From NCBI RefSeq assembly GCF_902652985.1, contig NC_047025.1:28520001-28584000 (forward strand): a DNA stretch of 64,000 nt, read 5' to 3'. Each line of letters begins with the position of its first letter. Positions within the stretch are counted from its first letter, which is position 1. The translations under genes were made by a program, and so were the position numbers. The DNA is from Pecten maximus (lineage: Eukaryota). The notes below the pieces were generated by a model that was not told the origin of the DNA, ran no database searches, and was given only the letters and a program-made list of their open reading frames with translations. Shown piece by piece: positions 12,583 to 27,800 of the stretch.

Positions 12583-13645
12583 CAGTCGTTTTCAATATTT
12601 ATTTGCCAAAATACATCGATACAAACTAAAATTACTCTGAATCAATTAGCTGGACTAAGGGATTGATTAAGATGTGTTAGCCTCTAGTCGCCATTTCAAC
12701 AGAAGTTGATCTTGCCGTTTAACGAAGTAAGATATTCTGCCACTGAAATAACTGGTTAACAGGAAAGAAGTATATGTCACTCAGACAGTTTATCGCCCAG
12801 TGTTGATGATGGATATTAGGGTGAACTACATCAGCAATTGTACAGACAAGTGTATTTGTGTCTGTGATTCCCCCAGTATCGATTTCGATGCTGATGGACA
12901 ACAGAAATATATTATGTGCCATATAGGACACGAACGACAGAATATAATGGCTGTGATACTATTATATATTATTAGATGTTTCTAGGTGACTAGGTAAAGC
13001 CGTTTATCTGATAAAATAAGTACGACAATGAAATATCATTTCTGTCAACCCTCTCTGTTTTTTGAGAGTCTTCATCATTTTCATTCTAGATTATTTAATT
13101 CAGAAATCACCTCCAAACTTGCATTGATACTGAAATTAAATTCGTTCTTAACATAGAACAGCTCAAAAAAGTAAGTTTGTTGCACCACTATTTTGTAAAA
13201 TAGCGCATTATGCATAGGTTTGGAATACATTGCTAATTTTACTACTCATTTTCTCTCCCGTTTCATATTTGAAAAGTCGGCAGATTTGAAGTATCAATAA
13301 GATAATGCTATCTTCTCATGGTTGTATTTGTTATAAGGTTGAAGAATCAACTTTCATACGACATGGTAGATGTGAATCATGACTTAAGTTCGGACACTAT
13401 GGTTATATAGAATGGCAGCCGGTTTCTGAGATTGTTTGCAATAGTTAAAAGTCCTCTTAATTATATTAGATGTTTGTTTCATTTGTCTAGATATTTATTT
13501 GTTTAGCTAGTGTATATATTGAAGAAGAAGTGCTGATGGTGTGTTGCTGAGTGACACCAGTGTGTAACCTGTTCAGATTTATATACAACTTAGGACTGAT
13601 CTCGTCATCATGTCAATAAAATACTGACAATTGCTGTTTGTCGCT
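12583..13645 (+). promoter_or_regulatory. Putative Tbx20 3' UTR with polyadenylation signal
   Basis: AATAAA at 13615-13620 followed by a GT-rich tract (ttgctgtttgtcg). Pumilio-type TGTATATA at 13511-13518 and ATTTA motifs nearby. The true 3' end cannot be verified without transcripts. Confidence 0.5.
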
Positions 13646-15082
13646 TGAATTATTATTATATTTAAAACAGGGACCAGCTCATGTTGGTCTTAATAGGTTC
13701 AATTTCTTTTTACTGCCAGTGTTCTACTTGTGCCAAAATGTGTCAACTCTTTTCTAACAGCTCCCATGCATCATCGAGGAAGTAAAGTATTGAGAAAGGA
13801 GATGGAATGTAAATCACTGCTACGCATGCTCAGTCACCAGGACAGTGGTTCCATGTGTCATGGCGTTGGTGATGAACTGGTAATCCTATTACAATATGCA
13901 CTATTCATCGCCAATATTGGGGTAATTCATCTTATTCTAATATTCACAAGTCAATGAGATTATCAAAAGAGTTTAACATGTAGTTCCGGTTACTGAGCCG
14001 GTAAATGAACTTGTCCAAACTCCGACAAACCTGAGCTTTGTCAGCTTATCTTATCCCTGCCCTGTTAAATGGTTGTAAGATGTTATTTATACTTTGAACT
14101 ATTTATATTTTTCTTTTGGGTTCCTTTATCAAAGTACTCCTTATATATAACCTGTAGGATGCATTACGCCGAGGACAAACGTAGGATGCCAAATAAAATA
14201 CAAAGACAAATGACAATATATATCTAACAAGCTATAACTGGTACGCCACTTCATCATCAGGGAGGTAAAGTGTTTGTAGTTCTTAGGAACTGAAAACGAT
14301 GACATGACTATGCTCGGTACCTGGACAGCCTATCAAGGCACGCGCCCAGACCTCACGTGGAAACATTCTGATTGAAATGTGTGGTTCTGATATATGGGCG
14401 ATACGAGCTATCAAATAAAGGGAACGTTGAAATAAAACAAACTCAATGCTCTTTGTGTGGTTTTGTTTAAATATTCTATCTGATTTCTGTATGTATGTTT
14501 ATAACCGCTATATCGAGGAATGTTTAAGAGAGTGCGTTGATGATGTTCCGATAACTTGTGCCCAATCCATTTGCCACTGCTTTGGCAAAAATATGTTAAA
14601 GTTACACTCGTTTTAAAATTATATTCTTAAGGTGGTAAAACCATATCTATAAGCCTTTATCATTAAAAGATTGCAGAACGTCACCTATCTTATAAAGTGT
14701 TTTTCTATTTGTTAGATGTCAGTATTCTAGTTATTTCTGTGACAAACCTGACGTATATAACCCATGTCACTATAATGCGGTTCTATAGGCCATCTAGGAA
14801 TACAGCCTAACTAAACAAACACTACGTCACTAACTAATACTACTATACTGATAAATGTCTTTCCTGTGTAGATAATTAAATTGTCCCATCATTTTCTCGA
14901 CACAACTTTAATGTAATATCAGCTTTTTCACTTGAATTTCAAATAAAATGAAATATTAATAAACACTGCGATGAATATATTTTACATTGAATTCAATTTA
15001 TACTCATTAATATACATATACAAATACATATATAAAATTTAATAATATAAATATATAATTTTTTAGAAACATCTTCATGCTT

Positions 15083-15363
15083 TACATTCTTCATAGTTCC
15101 CATGAACTCGTATATTTCATGATTTTATACGAAGTCATTTTTTATTTAACCTATAATGTTGGGACTCACAGAAATACATTCTTCATAGTTCCCATGAACT
15201 CGTATATTTCATGATTTTATACGAAGTCATTTTTTATTTAACCTATAATGTTGGGACTCACAGAAATACATTCTTCATAGTTCCCATGAACTCGTATATT
15301 TCATGATTTTATACGAAGTCATTTTGTATTTAACCTATAATGTTGGGACTCACAGAAATACAT
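15083..15363. repeat. 92-bp tandem triplication
   Basis: Three near-identical copies start at 15083, 15175 and 15267, with one T>G difference in the third. Confidence 0.95.
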
Positions 15364-18300
15364 GTGAACTGTATATCTCTGAATCACAGACTGAAATGTA
15401 CGTATTTCTGATAGTTTACATTTACACGTGCGTGTCATAAACATGTTTTTCTAAGACAGTTATATCAGTCGTCGCTAACAGGAGGGCCTGTATCAACCTA
15501 TCCTAAACTCACACGCTGGCCATCAGGTAAGTAACCTGGTAATATCTATAATGTCTGGTCGACAGTGATACATTTCAATATTTTCTTTTATCATTTTTGC
15601 AAGAGCACTCCCTAACAGGGCATATACTGCATCCTTTTACAAGTTTACAAAATTATTATGGTATAGTGCAAATGAGAATCTGAGCGGTAACTGAGTATCT
15701 CAATGCAATAACGATTTGACGGTTGCTAATGATGAACTGATTAAGTCTGTATTGGAAATATTTCCACTCTAATGTAATTGGGTTACAAACATCCAATAAT
15801 TCTGCTTTTGAAAAACTTCTCGGTTTAAATCAGACAGATGTACATATAACGCCATAGTTAACATTTCGGCCACTTTGATAAAAAAAAAAACATTGCGTGC
15901 AAGTCACATAAAAACAAAAGTATTGGTGCCCTGGTGATTTAGTACATGTGTACGTTACAGACAGCTTACTTCAACAGTATAACATATACATAACATCAAT
16001 CTGTACACGTGTTGATCCCACCAGCAACTTCCGGTTACAGTATATAGACGGAAGCAGATTGTGATGAGCATGGTAAAGTTCTAAGGAGGATGTGCTAACA
16101 GTCAAAAGCTCCAGAATAAAACACACATAATCGTCTATATTGAAAAAAACTTCTGCAGAATTTGGCGTTAAAATGTATATATTGTCACATTAATTTAATG
16201 CTCATCAACCAACCTAAAGTATAAATCCTACGTCGTTATTTAATTTTATATCAAACACATTGAGATGAAAGGCCAGGGCAGATAGATTTAGTCTAGATGT
16301 CATGCTTCTCGACATATTACTGCTTAGCAATGGTCCTTAGCGCTAGTGTAGAGGATAATAAAAGCAACGCCTTACCAAGGACCTACTAAACAGTTAGTTA
16401 ATATTGCTTTAAATCACAGATACTTTGAGAGCAAACACATTACATGGCTTCCCACGCTTTTATTACATACGTATATACCAACTAACATTTCACACATTTA
16501 CACATCTAAACTGACGTGAAATAGGAAAACGTCGATGAATTAAACGCTGTCGTCATTTTCAATTAGAAGCTTCCCACGTGAAATGGATAAACAGATAGTC
16601 AAGATAGCATCAAAGCCTGCGGTGTCTGTTGCTGTTTAAATCTGCGATATCGTCTCAAGCCAGAGCAATTTGTTGAATCATACAGAACACAATACTTTAT
16701 TTTACCTAATAGCTGTAAGTGAGATTATTGCATTGACAGAAATGTATTATTTATTGATACATATATCTAAAAATAAAACATATATCGATTATAACAATTC
16801 GAACTTACCTAGTATGATCCTATAGGATGTTAGGGTAACAAAGCAGTTTGTTATAATCAAGTGGTTTTTTTAAAATTATTTTTCAATGATAAAAGATAAA
16901 TTCAAAAAAAAATTAATACTGTGAAAATATAATCACAGCAAGCCCTATTGGCTTCTAACTTTCAGTAAAACTACTGAAATGTAAACCATAAAAAAAATCA
17001 GTCTTTATTGTACGTGTATATAACCTGTCGGAAAACTACATCAATCGTTATCGCATTTTAGCAGCACGAGATACAGTACAGAAGTATAGCGGCTTTGATA
17101 GTATCATTATAGAGTAATAAAAAGTAAATACGAATAGAAATTATGTTTTAATTGTAGACACTTTACATGGAAACAGTAGAATTTAATCAAGTATGTCCAA
17201 ATAACTTCTATATGTATACAGATTTCACTGTCACAATAAACGTCTACACGTAACCGCTTATTGACAAAAACAAAATACGATAACTCTAAACCCTAACTAC
17301 AAACATATGTTATGTTAAAAGTAATAATCTATAGACTGGTTTATTATGAATACCTGGGACAGAATGTCAGGGTTACACTAAAAAGTACACGTAACACACA
17401 TCATGTTAGGGAGCTGACATATCACTCGATTAGGATACTATCTACCAGGGGGATCATAAACAATAGAGATTAAAACTTCTCACTAGTGTTATCATACAAA
17501 CAAACAGCGTGTTTGACATTATATGTTATTTGTTGATTGATATCTAGCATGACTCCTCCCTAATTCCTCACATACATCGATTCAGGATAGCATCGTACAT
17601 TGTACTGTAAATTCTGTCTATAGTACAAATTTTCAAGTTTTATACCAACGGTTAATGTTGAAGCGATTTTTTTCGAAAAATCATTGAATGAACCATATTT
17701 TTATTTACCTAAAAGTTAATGTTTTCTTTCTTCTTTCCTCCATCTTGATTTCAACACGTTTGACACTATGCATCGCTGACGAGTCTTGGAGTGCCTGTAT
17801 GACCATTGGTATACTAACATGTCTTGTAGTTATAATAATGCTGACCTTTTTTCCGCCCAAAATAAGCGAGTCAAATTCTTTGATCATCATCTTTCTACTT
17901 ATTCACTTTTATGAATTCCTCGTCCCAACTGTGTTTATGATAATAAATGATGCAATATATGTGCAAATGCGATTTTGAGCTAGAATAGCTAGAATTGGAA
18001 CAAACAAAATATTCCCTTTTCCCATGTTAGTTGGGATGAGCATATGTAGATAAATCAGAAACTAAATGTCGACATACAGGGTTTATCAAAATATATTAAC
18101 TAAGGATCACAAGGGTCTATCGAATAGAATAACTCAGGATTACAAGTATTTTTTCGACAAATAAAAAAAAAAATCTTTCTTTATTGGTAGTTTAGGTGAG
18201 CAGACCATGTATAGTCGTTTTGAAAAGTGTATAAGATTAACAAGTTTTGTTTCTACTAATTATGACATATACGCGATGATAATTTTTGTCATATATGATA

Positions 18301-21300
18301 AATGACGGAATACTTGGGTATCGCTGTTTAATGTATTTTATTTCAGTTGTAATAATTAATTGCAAATTCAGATGAGCATGATTGCATTTATTTCAAAGGT
18401 ACTATGAGTAACAAGTAGGGACTAAACATTGTTAAACAATGACTAATTAAGATGGACATGCTGTCCCCTGTTTAGACACATGTCGTTAGATTAGTCATCG
18501 GGTGGGTCTTCACGATAGTACAGAAATAACCAACATTTAACTAACAGTTGTGTCTGCCGCTTAACGATTTGTTGGCTGACAAGATTTATCCCAATGATTT
18601 CGATCTTTATTCCTTGGACACAAAATGAATATAAGAGTTGTTTTCTATTATTCAATCAAATACATCATAGAATGTTAGGGGATCTATTTCGTTTTATCAT
18701 CTGGAACGAAATATATGTCACAGTTTGCACCCAATAATACTAACAAAACTGTAGTTGACCATTACCTACTGTAAAGCAGACTGGTTTAATATTATTATAA
18801 CAATAGACTGAGTCTCTCGAGCGCCAGGTGTCAGTTTCACAGCAATTAAACTTTAATTTGTAAACGGTCTGAATAATCAGATCAGATATCACATTCCATG
18901 CGTAATATTTTGCTTGTAATCTAATATTAAGCTTTTTATGCGATTTGGTTTGTTTTATCGCTTTAGTACCTTTAGAAATTGGCCAGGTTGCTACACATCT
19001 TTATCGATTTAAAACAATGGCTTATCAGAGTACTAATCTTCTCTTATCTGACGTGGAGGTCCGGCTGGAAGGGACGTTATCCCGTGAATATGTGATCCCT
19101 GGGTGAGGAACCGACACCCATTACCAAATATTAACACGAGGAAACTTAATCGTCCTCAACTTATCGTCCCTCAGGTTTTATTATGGTATATTAAATAACA
19201 ACTTATCAGTTCTAATCGATTATCTAGCTCATTATTCCAAAGTATAATAAAGTACCTAACATCACAATAATTGGTTTCAAAGGTCTATAAGATACAAAAA
19301 ATCACAATTAATACCTTGAAAGGTCTTTAAGGCACCGAAAAATCTCAGTATTCGGTTTCAAAGCGATGCATTGTATTGTAACATGTACACGTTTTGATGA
19401 ATGTATCAAATGACGTTTATTTTTATAAAAACGTGATTTTAAACAAATCAATTAGCACAGCTAACGAGACAAAGCATACACAGTATATGTCTGTATTAAT
19501 AATTCGAGTCGTCGCGATTGTCAGAATTACTTGTAAGTACATCTATTGCACCGAGTCACACAGTAATTAGGTGCAAAACAATATTAAAATGAACTAACAT
19601 CTGTGTTGAATTTCTAATTAAAATACTATAGACATCTTGTCGCCAGTTTCGTCATATGTAAATTCAATGGTATTTTAAGTCTTGTGACTGAAATCGATAA
19701 TCAAGTGCAACACGATCATTGTTGGTTTGAATATTTCTGGATTTTGCAAATTCCATAAGTTCATTTTTGTCAAAGGAGACTTACACAACTCTTTGACAAA
19801 ATAAACGTGACTTTATTTGAATAAATTACATGAACATCGTGTTCTATTCTAATAATATCTGCTTCATATAGATTTGCTACATTTTTGTTTTATGCAATAG
19901 TTTTGACCGTTCTTTTAGTACATTGTATTTAATTTGCTGAGTAAATACATGTTTGAATATCAAAACACATTTACGACACATGTATAGATAATTCAATTCA
20001 ATTTTCATGTACAGAGATAATGATTTGACTTCATTTTGTCTTATTGTAAGGAAAAAAAACGTTTGTTAAGTTGGTTAATAAAAAAAAACTTGCTACGTTG
20101 AGTAATAAAAAAACTTGTTAAGTTCAGTTATCAAAAATATATTTGCTATGTTGAGTAAAAAAAAATACTATATGTTTTTGAACGGCTAATTTTTTCTCTG
20201 CTGAATTTTCAGAGTTGACGTGGGCGAATTTGGAGTTGGAATTTCAGCTGGTCATGTGTGATGGTTACATTTCATGGAAAATCTGCTACGTCACCCCTAC
20301 ATATGCTACCATTACAATGTCATTTTGAATTAACTGTTGATTTCATAGGAATTCGATATTGTCCTACTTGTTTTGACCAACATGCAACACGTTGTCAGTT
20401 TAAACGATGATCTCCGGTTTTTCTGTGGGCATATAGTGCATAAATTGATTAATATCAAAATCAGAATCAGCAATATGATATATTAATGTTAACTAATCAG
20501 TGTTGAGGTGCGCTTTCAGAGACACTGAAACATGACTTTGGTTTCCTATGGCTATCCCTTGAATGCTTAGCAATGATATAGTGTCACGACATGTAAGTGA
20601 TATATTGAGTATAACTACTAAACAATATTCATTTTCTTTATATCACTCACCTATACCAAATTACATTAAATGGTATTACTCGATTTGTACTTCCTTGTTA
20701 TTGTAAGAACGTCAACAGCTTGACATGTCAAGCTGTTCATTTCAGTAATATAAACTTCAACAATTGATTACTGACACTGCATTTATCATGGAACATACTG
20801 AATTTTAGCATATCCATTCCAGGTTACATGTTAGTCATTTTACATAATGACTCATCTGATATTTGTTTAATGTCTTTAATTTGCAATAAACGAATGATGT
20901 TACCGAAAGCAGATGTTTTATAGTAATAAACTCATATGTATACCATATGTCACATGCATATAAACCCTCAAGTGAAGTTTTTTTTTGCCGTTTCCATTTC
21001 TTTAGACAATAAAGATGGGAATAATCATATTTTCCATGTGATAAGGAACGCGTACCTGCTATTTGCACGTTTCGGTATTTATAACATACTAGGTAGCACT
21101 GTTCCCCTAGTGGTAAATTACAAAATCTTTAACTTTACTTTAATGATATATGATCATTGTTTGTTTCAAATCCCTTAAAATCTTTCATCCAAAACAAAAA
21201 TTAAAATAAAGTGTAAAAACATTATGACTATTGATTTATATGTATATATGCTTATGGCGTTTTAATTCATTCGGACAGTGACATGGTTCAATTGATTTTT

Positions 21301-24300
21301 CGAAATATCTTGAAATAATATTATCATTGAATCATAGGTGGTTGGCTTCTCCCTATCCAGATTTCGGCGTATCTTTCGATCTTTTCTGAGATGTTTTTAG
21401 TCACCTCCTATCAACACTGCAGGCCTTAGCAGCAATGACGAGTTTATAAAGGACGTTACAGCTGTATGGTGCAGTTTAATTCATTTTTCTTGACTCAATT
21501 TGTCTCAATTTGTTTTGGAAATTGCTGATATGTTGTTTGTCTTTTATACAACATATCGCTGATGCAAAAGGAAATTAAAAACATTTCAAAAATGAAAAGT
21601 AAAAAGTTGAAAACAATACTAGAACGTTTTTAATATTGAAAATAGTGTGCTAAGCCATCATCACAAAGTGTATGTGTTAAAAGATATAATGCAAAGAAGG
21701 TTTCAAACTAGCGATCATATAAAACTGTAATTATGAAACGAGTGAATACATGTACATTTTTATTTGAACCAATAAGAATCTTAAATAAAATATTTCAATA
21801 AATTAATTATGATATGGACACCAGCGTTAGCGTTTGTTTATCATAAACATAACAGCAGGATTCGAAATATATTTTCAATGATGATTTATTCCTACATTCA
21901 CTCAGATTTTGTTAATTATAAAAAAAATAGAACGCATGATTTCAAATATATTTCTATGTTATTTTAGTCTATATTTCCTAAACAATAGTGTGATATCATG
22001 TATCTATGAGCGTTAGTGTTCGTGTGATGTATCAGTTAAATGAAAACATTATATCATTTATAATAGAATTTTGCATATTTACTAAGACTCGCTCAAAACA
22101 TCCCGACTCATACTGATCAGTACGAAAATGATAAGTAACTGGATATCACGTGTAATTATTGATAACACCAAGTCAAAAGTGTATTGTACGTCATCAAAAG
22201 AATGGCTTAGCAACGAAGTGTTTGACGCATTTCCTATATATTTCAATACTAATATTTTTGTTACAGCGAATTGAATAATAAGGGCGAAACTATTAAACAT
22301 TGGTCTTCATACTATATCTACTGGACACGTGTTTGTGTTCAACATAAATCTTAATATATATATAAACTTTACGAGTTCAAAGTAAACAAAATCGTTGACG
22401 GTTTTATTAGTATCAAATTGAATTTCCAATTTCCATACAGACACAGTAAACCGGGATGATACGTTTGTCTACAAACATGGTCGACCACGCCAAATAATAA
22501 GACAGCGACTGTACACCAAGTACATATTCATTATTATTTCAAAAAGCATTGAATGATTTGTAATGGCGATGAATCAGAGACAATGAGAGGCGGATAGATG
22601 TATATTTGTAGAGGTGCCAATGGTACCAACCAATACGTCGCCTGGCATAGTGTACCTTTTTCTCTGATGGTAAATTGGTTACGGACCAATGTATCACTAC
22701 GCCTGTGAGTTCTAGTGATAAAACGGTATTGGATAAATGGATTAACGTAACGGTCTGTAAAATGTCGAAACGAAAAAAAGATAAAACATTTCATTTAATA
22801 TTTTTTCATTTGATACAATTTTAGAAAAGAATGACTGATTTTATTTGAAAATTCATTGAATTTCATTTGTCACATTTATTACAGAGACTGTATTGAACAT
22901 CAGGAAAATATTTTATAAATTCTTGAATTGATACAAATGTCCATGATTTGATTTAAGTTTATTGAAAGCTGAAAGAAATACAATTACATTTCAATATGTT
23001 GATCATATTGGCTTGACCAAATATAATAGAGGAAGTGTGAATTAACAATGCTTGGTTTTTTGCTTTTATTTTCTCACAGAATCATCCATATCCACGTAGT
23101 AATATTTTGTAAGATTTTTTTTTCATTCTTACAATTCCGACAAGAAAGTAGGAGTAATGTCATCTAAACTGTCTATTTGCAAAATAATCCATAGTATTGC
23201 ACGAGCATGTTTGCGTGTGTAAATCAGAAATGTACCTTTATCACGTGATGTAATTTTTGTCCCTAAGTGGAGAGGAATTATTAATATTCTTATAGGTCCT
23301 GACAGTAGTGCGTCATAGTGAGGCTGCTGTGTGACCGATACCCCTTCGTGAAAAGTATGGACAGCTTAACTATCAAAATGTTGACCATATAACTATACAT
23401 TACGTGAATTATTTTCGGATTACGTATTGCATCGAACAAGATTGTTTTCTTCAATATCTCAAAACGTCATTATGAAAAGTCGTAGTGATATAGTGACCCG
23501 AAAGAAACTTAGGAAATAGTAAAAGCTGACATGACATGACCCCACAGTTCACTGACACGCGTCGTAGACAACTCATCTATATCGAAGCACTGTATAGTCG
23601 CAAATTGGCTTGATTATCTAAGTATCGTTAGTTGACAAAAGATCGTTCTTCATCTTTGGTACTGTGTCGGCTTGTATCTGTTTCTTGTCTCAGACCAGGT
23701 CGACAGCGAGAATATGAATAAATGTAAATTACTGGGTCTGTTAATTGATTTATGCTTGAATGCAGGAGTAGTAGACAGTCTCGTGTGTAATTCATGATTA
23801 TCAATATATCATACCGTGCCCTGATCTGGCCACTGGAGACACCGGCTCTGTCAAAATGCGCATAAAATGTGAAACTGTATCAACTTTTACAATCACATCA
23901 CAAGCTGGTAGACTGATAATAAGCTGTCGGCCACACCGTTTTGAGTTACTTTCTGTCACTCGCGATCGCGATCAGCCAGCGTGGCTCTTCTATGTCTGAA
24001 ACAACGTCTTAGGGAGAGAGTGGGTGCCCCTAATCCAATCGTTAATTCGTTTTTGCTCGCATAATGTGGTAGCAGGGCCCGCCACCATGTGGCGTGCCGT
24101 CTCGGCGGACACAAATTAGTATGCCTATGACAGAAGTCGAGGAGAGTATTTACCTACTTACTGTGATATATTAACTTCCATCAACCTCTTTTATTGGATG
24201 CGTTAAGCATTCACGTATTGATCGGTCAGTCCCTACACACGACAACAAATGTCGCGTTTTTCTTTAGCTAAGCACGTGGCCGTCAACGCACATTTTTAAG

Positions 24301-24499
24301 TCTTCTAAATCATCTGTGTATTTGTTTTAATTAACCTTCAACCCTTTTTATAACTTTATGATAAAAGACTTATCCAGCCATTTTTGCAAAATAGAATTAA
24401 AGCATCTGATTCGAAAATTATTTTCTGTCTGGGATCAGACTGTAATTCTAGATCAAAAAGCATACTCGAAACATTTATTCTTCTAAGAAAAGATAAGCA

Positions 24500-24860
24500 T
24501 AATCATTACAACCAATCACATGTCATTAAAAAGAATTAAGAACCGATCGCATAGCATTTGGTATATCAACCAACCAATCCCACGTCATTAAAACGATTAC
24601 CAACAATCGCAAGGAAGTTGGTACATTTTAAAGCAAATCGAAGACAATGACAAATTTACAAACGATCGCATAACATTTGGTACATTTTAGAACTAACTGC
24701 ATGCCATTGAAAAAATTCACATAGATTTGGTAAATATAATAACCAATCACATGCAATTGATAAACTTTACAACCAATAAAATGACATTTGGTAATTTAAA
24801 AAAAAATGCATGCATGCCATTGATATAAGTTTACGGAAATCGCATAGCAAGTTTGGAATG
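24500..24860. repeat. Old degenerate tandem repeat (~60 bp, two ~30-bp subunits)
   Basis: Alternating ACCAATCACATG.CATT and ATCGCATA.CATTTGGTA blocks. Confidence 0.65.
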
Positions 24861-27800
24861 GTAGTTAAAAGCTTATAAATCCAATAGGATGGTATCTACT
24901 TAACTTATCACTCTAAACACGCATGATAGTAGCTCTATTGAATAGAAGAAATCGACATGAAAATATCTCTTATCGGAACGTCATAACCCGATTTTGTTAA
25001 TGTTAAATTATATCAGTATAATAGTATCTTCTTGTACTAATTCTTGTTAATTATTCTTTTTTCTATGTAGGAGTAACTTGAAAGTTACGTCGTTTTCATT
25101 TAATAAAGAAAATGCGTAATATACACACTCCAAATGGCTACAAGAAAAGGTAAATCCCAATAATTCGATAGAAATCTCAGACCTTATATTGTAGATTTGG
25201 AACTGGTATACATATATATAAATCACCTGTCGAATACAATTTCCGTATATGGTTAAAACTAATTAAAAGAGATATATTAATAAATGACCTATCATGACAA
25301 GTAAAACAATATAATAATTATAAATAAAATTTGCATAGAAATCAGTAGGAAAGTGGCAATTGAATATAATTACATCAATCAACATTTATCCAAAAAACAG
25401 AAATGAACTTTATATTTCAAGCGAATTAGAAAATTCCTTATCATTTCTCAAATCATACTCTATTTTGCGAGACGGTATATGTAATCGAATTTTGTCTTTG
25501 TAAGCCCGCCTTTGATATTTTTGCTTTGTGACTGAACACCTTCATCATAAAACAAATATTTATTTATCATCTAATATTATCATATTTTACTTCAGACAGT
25601 TTCCCGACAGCAGACAGTGCGGGTCTGACGAGGTACCCGAGTTGACGTAACTTATATCTATGGGTGACTACAATCTTGATGAAACGATCTGCAATCGTCA
25701 CCATCTATCCTCAATTTGAAAAATGATAATCTTGAGTCATGCATTATGGTGCACATATCAAACTTGCTTCGTTTTGTCTTTTCGGGTGCTTTTGAAAACT
25801 ATATGGTTTTTAATCGGATGCGCACGGCATGAGTTATGTTCACACAGACGAAAATAGGTTCAGTTAATATATCTGCCTCTCAAGCTGTGGTCTTCGCGCT
25901 GGTAATCAAATTTCTAGATCTACAGGTAAGATAAAGGAAGTTAAATATTTGATAGAGATATCATCTGCTTAGTGCTTTGATATCAAAACGATACCACTGT
26001 ATGGTTCTCATAGGTATGTCTACCAATTAGGCACGTACCTTCACGCAGCCATCTGTGAGCTACGTAGATCAAAAGGTCTTGCAAATTGATGCTTCATCGA
26101 CTTGGCAACGAAGGCGAATAACAATAGACCTGGTCAAAACAAGACAACAGGTAGGTATAATCTAACAAGACACTTAATTGGTGTAAGTTTTGTTAACTTC
26201 CAAAAGTTATTTCTTAAGTATTTTTACCAACCTTTTGTAAATAACTTTTGCTTGATAGCCTTGAAATGTATCACATTAGGACTAATTTCAATCAAGACAA
26301 AAAATATATTATGAAATGTCCATATTATCTATTAAAACAATTAATAAAACAGTGCAACTTCTACACATGAAGAAAATCAAGCTCATCTATAAAGAATTCC
26401 AAATTACCGTCCACACCCTGTTAGGTATTGGATGTTACGTGGATAAAAGACTCTGTCATTGTCCTAAAGACGCCTCGAGATGCTCTGACATCCTCTATCG
26501 TGTCGCTAATAGTAAAGGAGGAACAATGGAAGACCATAATGTGGTGCTCATATGATGATATTCATGTCAAGTAGAATAGTCTCCTCAAGTCACAGACACA
26601 ACGACTACGTGTGATTTGGGATGTTACATATACTGATACCTTTGTTGAAAAATAAGAATATCAAAATCCCTGGTGTCACAGCGCAAAAGTATTATTTTCA
26701 TATTGGCAAGAGATTGATTACATTTAATTGTGTTATTAAAAGGCCTGTGGTCCGCAGTTTACCGCCACGCATGAAGGTTTCCGTAATGCTAAACTCTGAC
26801 GTACTTTAGCTCGGCCTTACTTATTTGTTTAAATCAAATAGGAGTTAAATATGAACAAAGTGTTAGTGACCTCAACATTTATATTACCTGTAAATAAATA
26901 TGTTCCCACGACAATAACACATTGGACAAACACACCTTTTACAACAACTAAATTAACTGTGATCACTTTATCGCGGATTTTGAATAATTTTATTCTAAAT
27001 TTAAAGCAGTTTTACAGGCAAATTACAGTTTGCATGTACTGTATGAAAAGACTTTTTTTGTAGAAAAAAAATTACTAAAAAAAGTCCTTTAAAAGTTATT
27101 ATAATAAAAGTTTCCAATATTTGATATCGCGAACGAAATAATGAAGAAAAAAATATAATATGTAACAAAATATTAAATTTTGGGGGAAATATTAAATCAA
27201 TGATATGATTTGTAGATAATGTTAATGAAAAGAGTATGAAGTTCTATGTTAACGATATACGATGAGAAGTTAATGAAGAGTTCCATGCTTTATGATTATA
27301 TGCTGATTTTATACAAAAATGTCAATCATTCCTTTTATTGTAGTATACATGAAAAGGAAATAAAAGCAGAAACACAGCTATATATTTTGCCCTAAAATAC
27401 CATTTCTTTTACTGCAGAATATTAACCAGAATCCAACAGTAGAATGGACTGTGTAATATGATACCAATATCCGACTGAACTGTCTTATATAGCATCATAT
27501 CATAAAATACCACATAAGGAACATCAACCACATCGACGAGCACTCCGGCGACCTCTCAACACCATACTTGTCAGGACGGGTCAGCTACCGTGTGGGAAAG
27601 AAGTCTACACCAGGCCCATTACGGAGTCCAGGAGAGTCTGGCTGGCCACAACCCGTAAACTTGTTCCGCCATTATGGTAAATATGGAGCCATTGACCACT
27701 TGACAAGCCAACAGGGGCAGATGGCGCGAACCCGAGAGAAATAGTCTGACAGACAAAGTTGGATCAATAGTCTTGCTGATAAAATATCATCACGAAACAT

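Noticed and set aside
13803-13813. TGGAATGTAAA matching the 5' half of miR-1
   Set aside because: The match stops after 11 nt and there is no precursor hairpin.
25625-25645. CTGACGA-GG-TAC-CC-GAGT as a hammerhead
   Set aside because: GAAA is replaced by GAGT, stem II has only 2 bp and there are no flanking stems.
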